From positions 186,001 to 250,000 of the forward strand of contig CDRNVI010000148.1 in the NCBI GenBank assembly GCA_977017575.1: DNA of 64,000 bases, in the 5' to 3' direction. Every line of letters starts with the position of its first letter. Within the stretch, counting starts at the first letter, position 1. The notes below the pieces were generated by a model. That model was not told the origin of the DNA and searched no databases. It worked only from the letters and a program-made list of their open reading frames with translations. Of the stretch, positions 47,508 to 60,000 are shown one piece after another. This stretch comes from Paramoeba atlantica (Eukaryota; Protista; Discosea). The translations under genes and the position numbers were made by a program.

Positions 47508-50500
47508 TCAATATTGTCGTTGTTGATATTGTCGCCTTTGTTCTTGCTGAATATACCATTGCTCAATTTGTGGTTGTAAAAGACTCATGTAATGTTGATT
47601 GTAATATTGTTGCAGTGCCGATAAGTCGAGTTGGTATCCTAGTCGAGTTATCTGTTGTTGATAGAGATTGGTTTGTCTTTGTGCTATTTCTGCACAGGAA
47701 TTGGAAATACCCTGAAAGTATGCTTCTTGAGTTGCCATTTTTTGGAGTTGTTGTTGTTGTTGTTGGATTCTTTTTTCTGGTCGCAAGTGTTGTTGTTGTT
47801 GGCTTGGGAAATGGGGTGGGTTTGGGGGCATTTGTAATGGGAAATTCGGTTGGTTTTGTTGTTGTCCTATTCCAGAGAGAGGAGCTGGCAGGACAGAAGA
47901 GAGAGAAGCGAGAGGAGGAATGTTTGGTTGGTGTTGTGCGCTTGGGGGAGGGTTTGATGAAAATGGAGAAGAAGAGAGGGAAGAAAATGGTGTGGTTGCA
48001 GGAGAAGAAAAGGAAATTTGAGTGGGGTGTGGAGGTGGAAAAGATGGAGAAAGAGAATAAGGTGAGAACATGGAAGGAGATGGAAGACCTGTAGGAAGAT
48101 GAGAAGAAAGGGTTGATTGTAATGCTGTTGTTGGGAGGGTTGTTGAATAGAGCCATGGGGCTGTTCCTTCTGAAAGTTTTGATTTTGTTCCTGAAGGAGA
48201 TGGAAATGGAAAAGAGGGAGGTGGCATTGTGAGGGAAGACGAAGAAATTAATTTTTGAAATGTTGAACTTGATGGAGCTGGTGGTGTTGAACTTGCTGGA
48301 ATTGGGGAGGTTGAGAGAGATGGAGATGTTGAACTTGATGGAGATGTTGAACTTGATGGAGATGAAGATGGAGATGCCGAAATTGGTGGCAAAAAAATTG
48401 AAGTTGATTCTGAATTCGTGAAAAATGTTGTCAATGAAGTTGAAGATTCTGATTTTGTTGTTGTTGAAGTTGATGGTAATGTTGGTGGCAGGTTTGGTGA
48501 AGATATTTTTTGATCTTTTGGAGAGAGGGAAGGAAGAGAAGGGGAAGAGGAAGAAGGAGAGGAGGAAGATAAAGAAGAGGAGGAAGATAAAGAAGAGGAA
48601 TGAAGAGAAGAGGAAGAGGAAAGAGAAGAGGAAGAAGAAGAAGAGGATGTTGTTGGAACTTTTGGGGAAATTGGAGGAAAATGAGAAGAAATAGAAGAGA
48701 GGGAAGAGAGAGATGGGAGATTGGTTGATTGGGTTCGAGTAAAAGGAGGAGCTGCGAGAGAAGAGAGAGAGAAGGGAGTAAAAGGGGAAATAGGGAGAGG
48801 AAGGGAGGGAGGAAGAGAAGGAGGAAGAGAAGGAGGAAAAGAAGGGGGAAGAGAGGGGGGAAGAGAGGAGGGAGGAAGAGAGGGAGGAAGAGAGGGAGGA
48901 AGAGAGGAGGGAAGAGGATAGAGACGAAGTGGTTGGCTTGCTTGTGAGGTCGGTGGAAGGAGAGGAGGAACAAGAGAAGAATAATAAATTGGTTTGTTTT
49001 CATATTCTGAAAAATAAAGAAATGAAAATGGTGAGAAAAGAAAAGAAAAGAGAGAGAGAGAAAGAAAAGAGAGAAAGAGAGAAAAAAGAGAGCGAAAGAA
49101 AAGAGAACAAAAAAAAGAAACCTCTTCTTCTTTCTGTCTCTCTCTGCTGTCTTGCAACTTGTTGTTGTCTCTGAAGAAGAAGACTCTTTCTAGGATCAAC
49201 CGGAGATTGGAATTGGGCATTTGCTCTTTCGTTTTCTATTTTTTTGTTTGTTAAAGATGAAAATGTACTTTGAGAGAGTAAAATTTTGATTAAAATGATA
49301 AAATAAAATTAAATAAAATTAAATTAAAAATAAAATTAAAAAATAACCTTTTGTAAAAGGAGACGAAGAAGAAGAAGAATTAGAAGAAGAATTAGAAGAA
49401 GAATTTGAAGAAGAAGAATTCTGAACTTGATTTTTCCTCAAACTCGAAAACATCGAAGGAGAAAAAAGTCCTCTTTTTGGAGTCTCTCTCTTCTTCTCTT
49501 CTCTCTTCTCTCTTCTCTCCTCTCTCCTCTCAACCACCCACCCCTTCCCACTCTTTCTCCTCTCTCCCTCTCTCCTCTCCCTCTTCTCCCTCTCTCTCTT
49601 CCTCTCTCTCTCTCTCTTCTTTGTCATCTTCTTCGGATCGAACAAAATTTGTTCAGAAATTTCAGGCAATAATTCTTCCTCCATTTCGAAATCCTTTTCT
49701 TCCTTTTTCGATCTTTCTTCTACAATTTTGTCTCTCTTCCTTTCTTTTATTTTGAGAGGGGGAAAGAAAGAAGAGGGGAAGATTGTTGATGCGGGTGGGA
49801 AGATGGAGGTTGGTGGGTGGGAGAGATTTGTGAAAAGTTGTTTGTAATCTCCATTGAATCCTAGTTTATTTTTTGCAATTAGATTTTAATTTAATATTTA
49901 ATTAAAATTAAAAATAGTAAAAAATTAAAATTAAAAAATAGTAAAAATAAAGATAAAAATTAAAATAAAAAGGATTCATTCTTTTTTTAAAAATAAATAA
50001 TATTATTCATATCAATAAATATTATGATAAAATTTAATCACAAGAAAAATCTCAAAATCTCAAGAAAAAGAAAAGAAGAAAGAAACCTTTTACAATTACA
50101 TTTTGGTCAACTGTATTTTGATGTTTTCTTTTCTCGAAAAGACTAAGACTTTTTCCAAAATTTTGTTCTTTCATTTTTAATTTAGAAGAAAAGAAACAAG
50201 AGAAGGAGAAAGGGGAAAGAAAGAAGAAAGAAGAAAGAAGAAAAGAAAAAGGAAAGAAAGGAAAGAAAGGAAAGAAAGAAAGGAAAAGAGAAGCAAGAGA
50301 ACGAAAATAAAAGGAAAAGAGAAAAAGAAAAAAGAAACCGTTTTCGATTTGGATTTCTCTTTCTTTTTCTCTCTCTTTTGGTTTTGTTGGTTGTTTTTTT
50401 TGTCTATTTTCTGTTGTCTGAAAAATTGTTTTTAGGAATTAAATAATTTTTGAATGTTTGATTTTGTAAAAAGTTTAATTATTTAAAATGAAATGATAAA

Positions 50501-53354
50501 GACAAATAAAAATATAATTAAAATCCTAAATATTTAAAATAAGAAAAAACAAAAATAAGAAAAAACAATAAAAAAATAAGAATCAAATTCACAAAAAAAG
50601 ACCTTTTTTCGAACAATTTCCGTGTCACTCTCCCAAAAGAGAGGAATTTCAGACCCAAAAAAAGTCGTTTTTTGTCTTTTTCGAGTCTGAATTGCCTCTC
50701 GAAAATTTGATCCATTTCTTTTTTCTATTTCTTTTTCTGAGATTCTTTTTCTTTTTCTTGTTTCTTCTTTTTCTTTTTCTTCTTCTTCTTCTTCTTCTTC
50801 TTCTTCTTCTTCTCTCTTTTCTTTCTCTTCTTTCTCTTCTTCATCTTCCATTAAATCCTCTTCTCCTCCTTCCTCTTCTGTTTCATCTTCCTCTTCTATT
50901 CCCTCCTTCTCACTCTTCTCACTCTTCTCACTCTTCTCTCTCTCCTCTCTCTCTCCAACCAACTCCCCTTTCCTCATCCTCAAACCATATCTTCTTTTCT
51001 CCTCTCTCTCGCTCCCCTCTCTCTTCTCCTCTCTCTTCTCCTCTCTCTTCTCCTCTCTCTTTCCCTCTTCCTCCCCTCTCTTCCTCCCTCCCCTCCCCTT
51101 CTTCTCTTCTCCTCTCTCTCTCTCTTCTCTCTCTTTTCTCAACTTACTTCTTGTCCTCATTCTAGCCCCTTCCCCTCTCTCCTCCTCCTCTCTTTCATCT
51201 TCTTTCTCTCTCTCTTTCTTTCCTCTCATTCTTTTCTTTTGAGGATTTGTTAAAAGAAAAGAATCTTCTTCTTCTTCTGCTTCAGTCTCATTTTCATTTT
51301 CATTTCCTTCACTCAATAATGCGAGAGTATCATTTGTTAACTCTTCTTCTTCTTCTTCTTCTTCTTCTTCTCTTTCTTCTTCTCTTTCTTCTTTTTCTTC
51401 TTTGTTTTTCTCCTTCTCTTTCTTGTTTCCATTTTGTTGTTGTTCTCTGATCGCTTTTCTTCTTTCTCTTTCTTTTGTTAACTTGAGATGTTTCCTAAGA
51501 GAAAAAAAATCTGAGAAAAAGAGAAAGAGAGAGAAAAGAGAGAGAGAGAAAAGAAAAAAACCGATCATTCAACTGATGTTTTTCCAAATTCGGTTGATCT
51601 TTAAATCTTTTACTGCATTCTCTACAAAAGTACAAATAACAACTTTGTCCTTTTACTGGAATTGAAATATTCTATTTTTTTAAAAAAAATTATTTTAAAA
51701 AATTATTTAAATTAAAAAGAAAAAAACAATTCATAATTAATAAAATTAAATATTAAAAAAATAACCTGAGCTCGATTTTGTACCCAATCATTATACAATT
51801 CACCACACCAAACCAAAAGCTCAGTGTCAGCTTCAATATCTTGTGTTGTAGTGAGACAAACACTTTTTCCATTTGTCTCCTTTTTTTTTTTGAAAAAGAA
51901 AGAAAATTGAAATCAAAAAAAAATGTTTCAAAAAATATGACATTTCACAATTCAATTTAAGAATAATACAACAATTAAATAAACTTGAAGTATCAAAATA
52001 AATGAAAAATAATAATAATAAAACAAAAAAGAAACAAACTGGATGAACTCGATATTCGCAATTTCGATCAGAACGAGAAGGAGCATAATTAATTAACATT
52101 CCATAATTCATTTCTTTTGTATCAGAAAACCAACAAGACCTAATCATTTTTTTTTTCAAAAAAAAGAACAATTCTTTTCCTCTCATAACTTTTAATTTCT
52201 TTTTTTAAAAAAGAGACAAATTCTAAATATTGAAATAAATAAATTTCAAATTATTCTTTAAGAAATCAAATCAAAAATGGGGAAAAAAGGAAACCCAGAT
52301 TGAAGACAAAGACAATATTCCTCCACAAATGGGAGATCTTTTTTTGCAACCTCTTTCATTTTCACCTGAAAATAGTTTTTTTAAAGAAAATAGAATCCAA
52401 TTTTTTTCTTTGTTTTTTCTTCGTTTTGAAAGAAAGAATGGAAAAGAAAAAAGAGAGAAAATTCAAGAAAAGAAGAGGGAACCTCTCGGCCATGGAGGGG
52501 AATTTCTGTTCCTTTTACAATATTTCCTTTACTGACAACTCCAAGTTTTTCTTTCTCTTTTCGAATTAATGATAATCGAATGTAAATACTCTGAAAATTA
52601 AGACAGAAAAAAAAAAAAAGAAAGAAAGAATTAGAACTAATGAAATAAAAATTAGAAAAATGAAAAGAAAAGAAGAAAAAAAAGAACTTGATTTAGAGAA
52701 GAAAGAACTTTAACTCTCTGGGAAACACCAACCAATGCCCAAGGGAAAAGAGATTGGTTTCTTGTGTTTGGCCCACTTTTTCTCATTTTTGAAACAACTT
52801 TAACTTTTGAAGAAGAAGAAGAGGAAGAAGAGGAAGAAAAAGATGAGGAAGAAGAAGATGAGGAAGAAGATGAAGACGAAGATAGTGAAAAAGAAGAAGT
52901 TGAAGAAGAAGAAGATTGTCTTCTTGTTGAGACCCTGTAAAAAAAATTGAGCCATTTTGAAATTGTTTCAAAAAACTAAATCTCTTTTTTTCTCCTTCTC
53001 TTTCTCTTCTTCTCTTTTTAACATTCAAAAATGAGAAGAAAAAATTATTTCTTTTTCGAGGTGTCACCCCAAAAAAAAATTTTAAAAAAAAAATTTAAAA
53101 AAAAAAACAATTTCCACTCACCTTTTGGGAGATTGTTCAACAATTCTTTCAGTAAGAGAAGGAAGAAGAGGAGAACAAGGAGGAGTATCAGCTCGTTCCT
53201 CATCATTTTGAGTTGTTTCCATTCTCATTGGACTGAGACAGCTTTCTGAATCTGAAAATGGATTCTTATTTTTTCTTTCCAACTCGTGAATGTTTTCTGT
53301 GGTCGACAATGTTTCACTTGTTTTTAAAATTGGGTTAATGTTCTTTTTCATCAT
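47508..53354 (-). CDS. PR/SET-domain + C2H2 zinc-finger protein (PRDM-like) with acidic, Ser/Pro-rich and Gln-rich regions
   Basis: Phase-consistent exons give IYIRLSLIRKEKEKLGVVSKGNIVKGTEIPLHGRE|...|NYGMLINYAPSRSDRNCEY..|GKSVCLTTTQDIEADTELLVWCGELY..|YFCRECSKRFKDQPNLEKHQLNDRKH. Linkage to the exons below about 50500 is less certain. Confidence 0.65.
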
Positions 53355-53836
53355 TTTTGGTTTTTTCTCATCAACTTGGTCGGCCAAGTCGGTCCGGGTG
53401 ACGCTTCGCGGTCCAGTAAAACTGAAAAGCCCTCAAACTCCCCCAATCGAGAAACTGAGTTTCAACAACAAAACCAACAAAGAAGAGACCAATTCCCACT
53501 CTTTGATCGACAAACAAAAGAGAAACCCAAAAAGAAAAAAAGGTTTTTGGAGTTCCTGAACCTGAAAACGAAAAACGAAAAACGGAACTCGAAGTCACAA
53601 GGGGCGGGGAAAAAATAATCCGACTTTTTTTCGAACAGCCGAAAAAAATAATGGTGTCCCTCTTTCTCCCAATTTTCTATGTAGGGGACACCACAATCGA
53701 AAAATTTTTTGGTTCTTTTTTTTTTATTTGTGGTGCTGGGCGAAAAGGGAGCGGGTTTTGGAAGTCGGAGGGAATTGAATTGAATGAACAGAAATTATTT
53801 ATTATTCAAATTTCTTCAACAACAAAGCAAAGACTT

Positions 53837-54913
53837 TTACGTCAAGGTTGTGTTCAAGAACTTCCTCTTGACCCACATCATCCAGAATTTATCGGGAGTG
53901 CTCTCGCTGTAGGCATAAACAAAGTCACAAAGGCGCTTTCCAGTTTCTTGCCTCAATTGGGTAATGTACTGGCGAACAGTATCTGAAATGATTAAAATAA
54001 GAGGTGGTAAGGGAAAAAAAGACTCACAAAAAAACGGGAGAGATCTTGACAAAACAAGAGGCAAAACAAAAAAGGTGGGAAAAAAAAAGAGTTCACAAAG
54101 AGGAAGAAAAGAAATAAGAAAGAAAAAGAAGAAGAAAAGAAAAAAAAAGGACCAGCTTCAGATCTGTTGGCTGGGTTGGAAACGAAACCACCGAGAGCAA
54201 AGTTGCTGTCTCCGGGGATTGCGAAGTTAGAGATCGCAAGTTGGTAAAGAATGTTCAAAGCATCAGATTTTGCTTTGTTGACAATTTTTGTCAAACAGAG
54301 GTGAATGTAGAGAGTCAAATAAAGAAGAACACGATCAGCGGGTCCTTGGACATCATAGTTCCTAAACATGACATTTGCTTTGAAAAATTCAATGGCTTCA
54401 TCAATCACATCAGGAGAATTTTCTGTGGAAGAAAAAGGTAAGAAAGCAAGAAAAACCAAAAAGAAGGGGAAAATATTAGAAAGAGTTTCTCACTCTAACT
54501 CTTGTTTCCAATTCTTATTCTTTTTCTAAATTTCAACGACCGGAGAAAGAGCCACTTTTTTTTATGAGTTGACTCATCATCTCTTTTGCTTTGACTAATT
54601 TTTTGGTTTTTTTGGAAACTAACTTTTTGAATTCTCACTTTTGATTAAAAAAAAAAAGGGGGGAAAAAAAGGGGGAAAAAAAAAGAAGAGAGAGAACGTT
54701 GTTGGGGGTTTGGTGGGGGAGCAGGACCGCGGTAGGAGGTCTTCAAAGGAAGCAGACCCATGCTGCAAACTTGCTTGACATTGGCTCCATTAAAGCTCGA
54801 GTGGTAGGCCTACAAACTTATTATTGAGAAAATGATCGAGAAAAATTGAGAGGAAAGAAGAGAAAGAGAGAGGGAGAGAGAGAGAGAAAAGAGAAGAAAA
54901 GAAAAACTGGCAT
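53837..54913 (-). CDS. ARPC3: Arp2/3 complex subunit ARPC3 (p21-Arc)
   Basis: MP|AYHSSF...LLPLKTSYRGPAP, DVIDEAIEFFKANVMFRNYDVQGPADRVLLYLTLYI, FAIPGDSNF, QLRQETGKRL, KFWMMWVKRKF. Confidence 0.97.
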
Positions 54914-55165
54914 CTTCTGTCCACCGCAAGTTGGAAACAAAACACACTTAAGTCAACAATGGGGTCTTTTTAAGTCTACCCCAAATTGGGCTCATTCCCA
55001 CGTCATCAAATATTTCTTTATTTGTAAAATGGGTGTTCAATTCCCAAGGTATGCCAACTTTTTTTTCATTTTTTTCAGTTTTTTTTCATTTGAACACGGA
55101 TTGAGAAAATAATTATTTTTATTGATGAGTTGTTCTTCACAACACACCACTATTTCTCTCCAACC

Positions 55166-56897
55166 TCACCAACTCTTTTGATCATTTTTGAAATTGTTGG
55201 TGATGTAGTAAAGTTGAACAAAAACACGGGCGAGGTCAATTCTGGTATCCATGCAAGATTCCCAGGCACACTCATTTGTCAGATAGATTGTGTTATAGGC
55301 ATTGTAATTATATCCTGTGGGAAAAGAGATGAGAAAATCAAACAACAACAAAAAAAAGAATTTCCTTTGAATCTTAAAGACTTCGAGAGATCAAGAGATA
55401 AGACACACAACAGACAAACAACACACAACAGACCTGGCCAACCATCTTGATACAACGAAAATCCCGAAAATTGCCAAGCTCCATCACAACCAGTTGTAAT
55501 ACAATGACTGTTATTCAGAGGAGGGGGTTCGTTATCATTTGGTTCAATTGTTTGAATCTTTTCTGCTCAAAATGAAAGGTTATTCGGAGTGTTATTAGAA
55601 ATCGTGTTTCACATGTTTTTTTTTCTTCAAAGGGACTCTTTTCTTAATAAAAACCAAAAAAAAATTACCTGGAGCGTTTCCTAAACGAATTGAGAGAGAA
55701 GCATTCGATGTGCAGTTTCCAGAATCAAAAAAATCAGCAAAGTACCTTCCAAAAAGATTGAAACTGACGGTGATCATTTTCGAATTAGAAGGCAGAGGGT
55801 CGAAGAAACGATATTCGACTGTTTGTTGTCCATTGATACCCCTGACCTTTGTTACACCACACTGACCTGGGGTCCGGGTTAACGCTACACCTCCAAAGAA
55901 AACAAGTGCTTCCACTCCAGTACTTCCATAGGAAAATCCATTCTTTTCGTAAAAAAGGGTAATTTTTGCAGTATTGAGGCAAGTTGTATCGTAATAACTG
56001 AAAATGGAAAGACTATTTTCGCCTCCAAGATTGAATCCTGGAATTCCATAAATTTGTTCTGAAAGAAAGGTTACCGACCCATCACAAGTGCCACATGCAC
56101 AGACGAAAGGACTTGGGTTGACAGAATTGATATCAATCATATAGTTGTTCAAAGAGGCAGCAACGTCAATGTATCCTTGCCCGGTGCATCCGTAAGAACC
56201 ATTGATAGTGACTGTCACTTTTGTTACAATATAACCAGGGTGTTCGGTCGATAAAAGAAAAGTTATTTCCATTATTCCAACCTTCACTTGAACACTAAAA
56301 AGAAATCAAAATTAAATTCCATCAAAAATACCTCCCTGTCCCTGAATAGTAAATGAAAAAAACCGAATAGGCTCCCAAGCTCCCACATTGACTACAAAAT
56401 TGTGCGCCACCACTTAAGAGAAAGTCGACTGAATAAAATTCTCCACTGGGCGGGGGTGGTGGAGGTGGGAGAGTTGGAGGAGGTGGAGGAGGTGGGGGAG
56501 GTGGAGGAGGTGGAGGAGGTGGAGGAGGTGGGGGAGGTGGGGGAGGTGGAGGGGATGACGAAACACAGGAAGGTTGGTAGCAATGTCCTTCGAATTGATC
56601 CCAACAACAACTATATCGTGCACTTTCACAGAGAGATTGGTCAGTAGGACCACAGCTGTCTTGGGAAGAAGGTGCGCAAGTGAGGGAGTCAGATGAACAA
56701 GTCTGTTGAAAGCAAAAGGGAGAAGTTTCATTATCCCAACAACAATCGTATTCGGCACTGAGACAAGTTTCTTCGGTTATCTGGGAAGTTCCACAGGCTC
56801 TTCGAGGGACATCAGGTTCACAAATCCTTTCGACATCAACCACTCGTAAAGCAACCGCAAGAGCAACAGAAAGGAAAAGAACAAACGCACGCCTCAT
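55166..56897 (-). CDS. Secreted protein: 2 trefoil (P-type)-like domains, a polyproline linker and 2 related unknown Cys/beta domains
   Basis: Signal peptide; C-x6-R-x-CG...IT...C...CCWD...FCF and a second similar module; a run of about 27 Pro; two modules sharing C..CDG...PG[FY]N...N.[LI]...C. Confidence 0.7.
56452..56556 (-). repeat. (CCT/CCA/CCC)n polyproline-coding repeat
   Basis: Seen directly. Confidence 0.9.
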
Positions 56898-56943
56898 AAT
56901 TTTTTGGGGCACAAAGTTTCAAACGAAAAAGCAAAGAAAATAA

Positions 56944-56964
56944 TTTTTGACGTCTTTTGACGTC
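56944..56964. promoter_or_regulatory. Tandem TTTTGACGTC (CRE-like core) in the divergent promoter
   Basis: Direct 10-bp repeat between ATG 56897 (-) and ATG 57052 (+). Confidence 0.3.
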
Positions 56965-57051
56965 CAATTTTTTTTTGGTGTTGTTTGCTGAATTTGTTTT
57001 GGGTTTGGTGTTGGTTTTTGCAAACAAGAAAACAAAAAGAAGAGAAGAGAG

Positions 57052-60000
57052 ATGGTGTGGTTACCTGCTCTCTTCTTGTTGTTTTTTGGAGTTTCGTTTG
57101 ATTATGGTTACCAAATGAAAGAAACTGTGATTTCTCCTGGAATTCCGGTTTGGAAAAATCTTTCTCCCTCTTTTTCCTTTTTGTTTTTAAAATGACGTTC
57201 TTTGGTTTTTTAGTCGGAAATCATCACTGGAGAAGATCATGTCGCTTACTTGATTACAGAACCTCCTCGAGAGTTATGGAAAACACAAAATATTGCAGAG
57301 GTTGATATTTTTCCAGAGACTCCAAGTGTAAACAGGGCTCTTTTATTTTAACTTTCCTTTTTCTTCTTTCAGTGGGAAGAACAGTCCGCCTTGATCCCCA
57401 ATTACCATCAGATTAAAGCTCCATTTAACAAAACAGGTTCGACAGTTTAAAAAGAAAAAAGAAAGCAAAAAAAACAAAAGACCAGAACAAAGAGTTTCTC
57501 ACCTTTTCTCCTTTTCGTGAACAGGTATTTCATCAGTTGTGCCAACGATCGATCGCAATAAAATGTGGTTTCTTGGTTACAGCAATGTTTGGGTCTCAGG
57601 TTCTTGGTTTTATCCCTTTCAAAAACATTGTATGATTATGTGATTTTTAATACTTTCTTGACCTTTTTCAGATAATACCAGGATCAGAGGGAATTATCTC
57701 AGAAGGTCGCCTCCAGGTAGAAGGACACTTCTTTCCCTCTCTTCTTTTACTCTTTCTTGCATTTTTTTCTCACCCAAAAAATATCTTTTTCTTTTGAATA
57801 GTTACCCTTTCAGCACTTATTACACACCCGAATTTTCCAGATTATGCAATTGGAGGTGGATATTCCAAAGAATGTAATTTGGATGACCTTCTCTCCACCT
57901 CTGTATGTCATTATGATATTTACCTCACAAAGGATTTTGGTGAAACTTGGAAACTTGTCCTTCCTTATGTGACGAGGTTTCAATGGAGTCCAAGAAATGA
58001 ATATTTAGGAATTGATCGTGTCTTTGTCTCTGTTTATCGGAATCAGACGGGAAACCAATTTCAGAAACCGGTCACAGATCAAGATCTTTTGTTGTCCGAT
58101 GATTACTTTCTAACATCTCGAGTTTTATTGGAAGATGTCATGAATTTTGTAGCCTTTGCAGAATTTGTGGATGTTTTGACATGGACAATTCCAACATCGC
58201 TCAGAGAGCCTCAAGTTTCGGAAATAGAAACCCTTGGTTCCTTTTTTTTTGGTGATCCAGAGCCTTCCAACAGAACTCGAAAAGAATCTCATGCTGCTTC
58301 CAAGTGCTTTGAATCTTTTGTTTTTTCTTCTTCACCATCCGAAACGAAATTTCTTATTGACACGGGCCACCTTGACGTACCATTATCTTCTTTACCACAC
58401 ACAGAAAGGCTCAGGCGAATGCAAAAACAAAGACCTACCGCTGTATTATATCCGAATTGCGGTCATGAAACTCCTCCGACCCGCACACCACGACAACAAC
58501 AATTTGTGGTTTTTTTTTTTACTTCTCTTCCTTTTTCCTTTGAATCTCTTCTTTTTTTTATTCTCTCTTTTAAACATTTTATGTTGTCGACTAGGCAACT
58601 TTGTACGTTAGTTCTGATAATGGCAAGTCATTTACTCAAGCTGACATTCCCCCTCAACCCAATGGTTTTTTGTTTAATACCTGTTTTTTCTCGATGAAAA
58701 GTTTTAATTTTCATTTCCTTTCTTTAGCTCGAGGATATGTTATTGAAGTTGACCCCATAACTTTAACACAAACGGTAACTGCGGCACGAAATCCATCACA
58801 TTGCACACTTTACCATAGGTTTGTTTCGCCGTGATCTCATTAAAGAAGTCTTATTTTTCCTCTTCTTTCATAAGATGCGCTGCTAGTCTAGTGGCAGGAT
58901 GTCCGCCTTCCAAGCGGACGGGCCGGGTTCGATTCCCGGGTGGCGCATATTTTTTTCCTTTTTTTTTTTTCCTCTCTTTTGTCTTTTCTTTTTCTTTTTC
59001 TTTTTTTCTCTCTTTTTGATCTTAATCCTCATAATTCTGCAGCGACGTAAGTGGAACGAGTTTCACAAAATCACTTGGGATTGCCTGTCTCAACTATTTT
59101 CCTGTCACGGAGAGTCTAAAACAATTAACACCAACAAGTCTTGGTTATCAAATTGTTGGAGATAGTCTCGAAACTTTTATTACTCATAATTCTCTTGGAA
59201 ATTGGCAGCCTCTTTTTGCTCCTCTTCAAACTCTTGGTTTATTTTTTTTCTTTTCTCTTTTTCTTCTCTTTTTTTTCCTTTTCTTTTCTTTTCTCGTTCT
59301 GATGAAGTGTGATATTCTAGGAGGCCATTCGACTTATTGTACTTTTGAGACCAATTGTTCTCTCCATTTGGATATTCGAGGGCTTCATGGTGGAAGGTTT
59401 TGTCTTCTCTTTTTTTTTTTATTTCTAAATTTTAATCATACTAAAAAATAATAAATCAAAAGAAGAAATAATTTTTAGAGAATGATAATTAAAAGAGAGA
59501 GAAAATAGTTTTGTGACGGATTATTCGGCACCTGGATTGATTATTTCGACGGGGAATATGGGGCAATCTTTTGAAGCTTCGATGGATGAACAACAAACTT
59601 TTTTGTCTTTGGATGCTGGGTGGACTGTATGTGTTTTCTTTTTTCTTTTTTCTTTTCTTTTTCTTCGTTTTTTCTTTTTTTTTTTTTTTGTTTTCTTTTT
59701 TCTCTTTTTGTTTTCTTCTCTTTTGTGAGGGAATTTGGTGGAGAATTATTTTAATTGAATTATTGTTTCAGTGGGAACATCTTTGGGTGGATGCGATGGC
59801 CACTGCTCTTGGAAATAATGGTGCACTTATTGTCTTTGCTCCTTTGAAAGTACTTGGGCAACGTAATTTTTTTTTCTTTTTTCTTTTCTGATTTTCCTTT
59901 ATCTTTTTTTTGTGTTATTTTAAGGATTCACAGTTTTAAAATAGATATTTATTATACCTTTGATTTTGGCCTTTCTGTGCATAAAGTTTATCTTGATGAA

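Noticed and set aside
53590-53625. Minus-strand GTCGGAT...TGTGACT, spaced roughly like the missing tRNA-Ser 5' half
   Set aside because: The intervening TATTTTTTCCCCGCCCCT has no D arm, A box or GG motif, and position 7 mismatches. It is a GC-box-like promoter sequence and probably coincidence.
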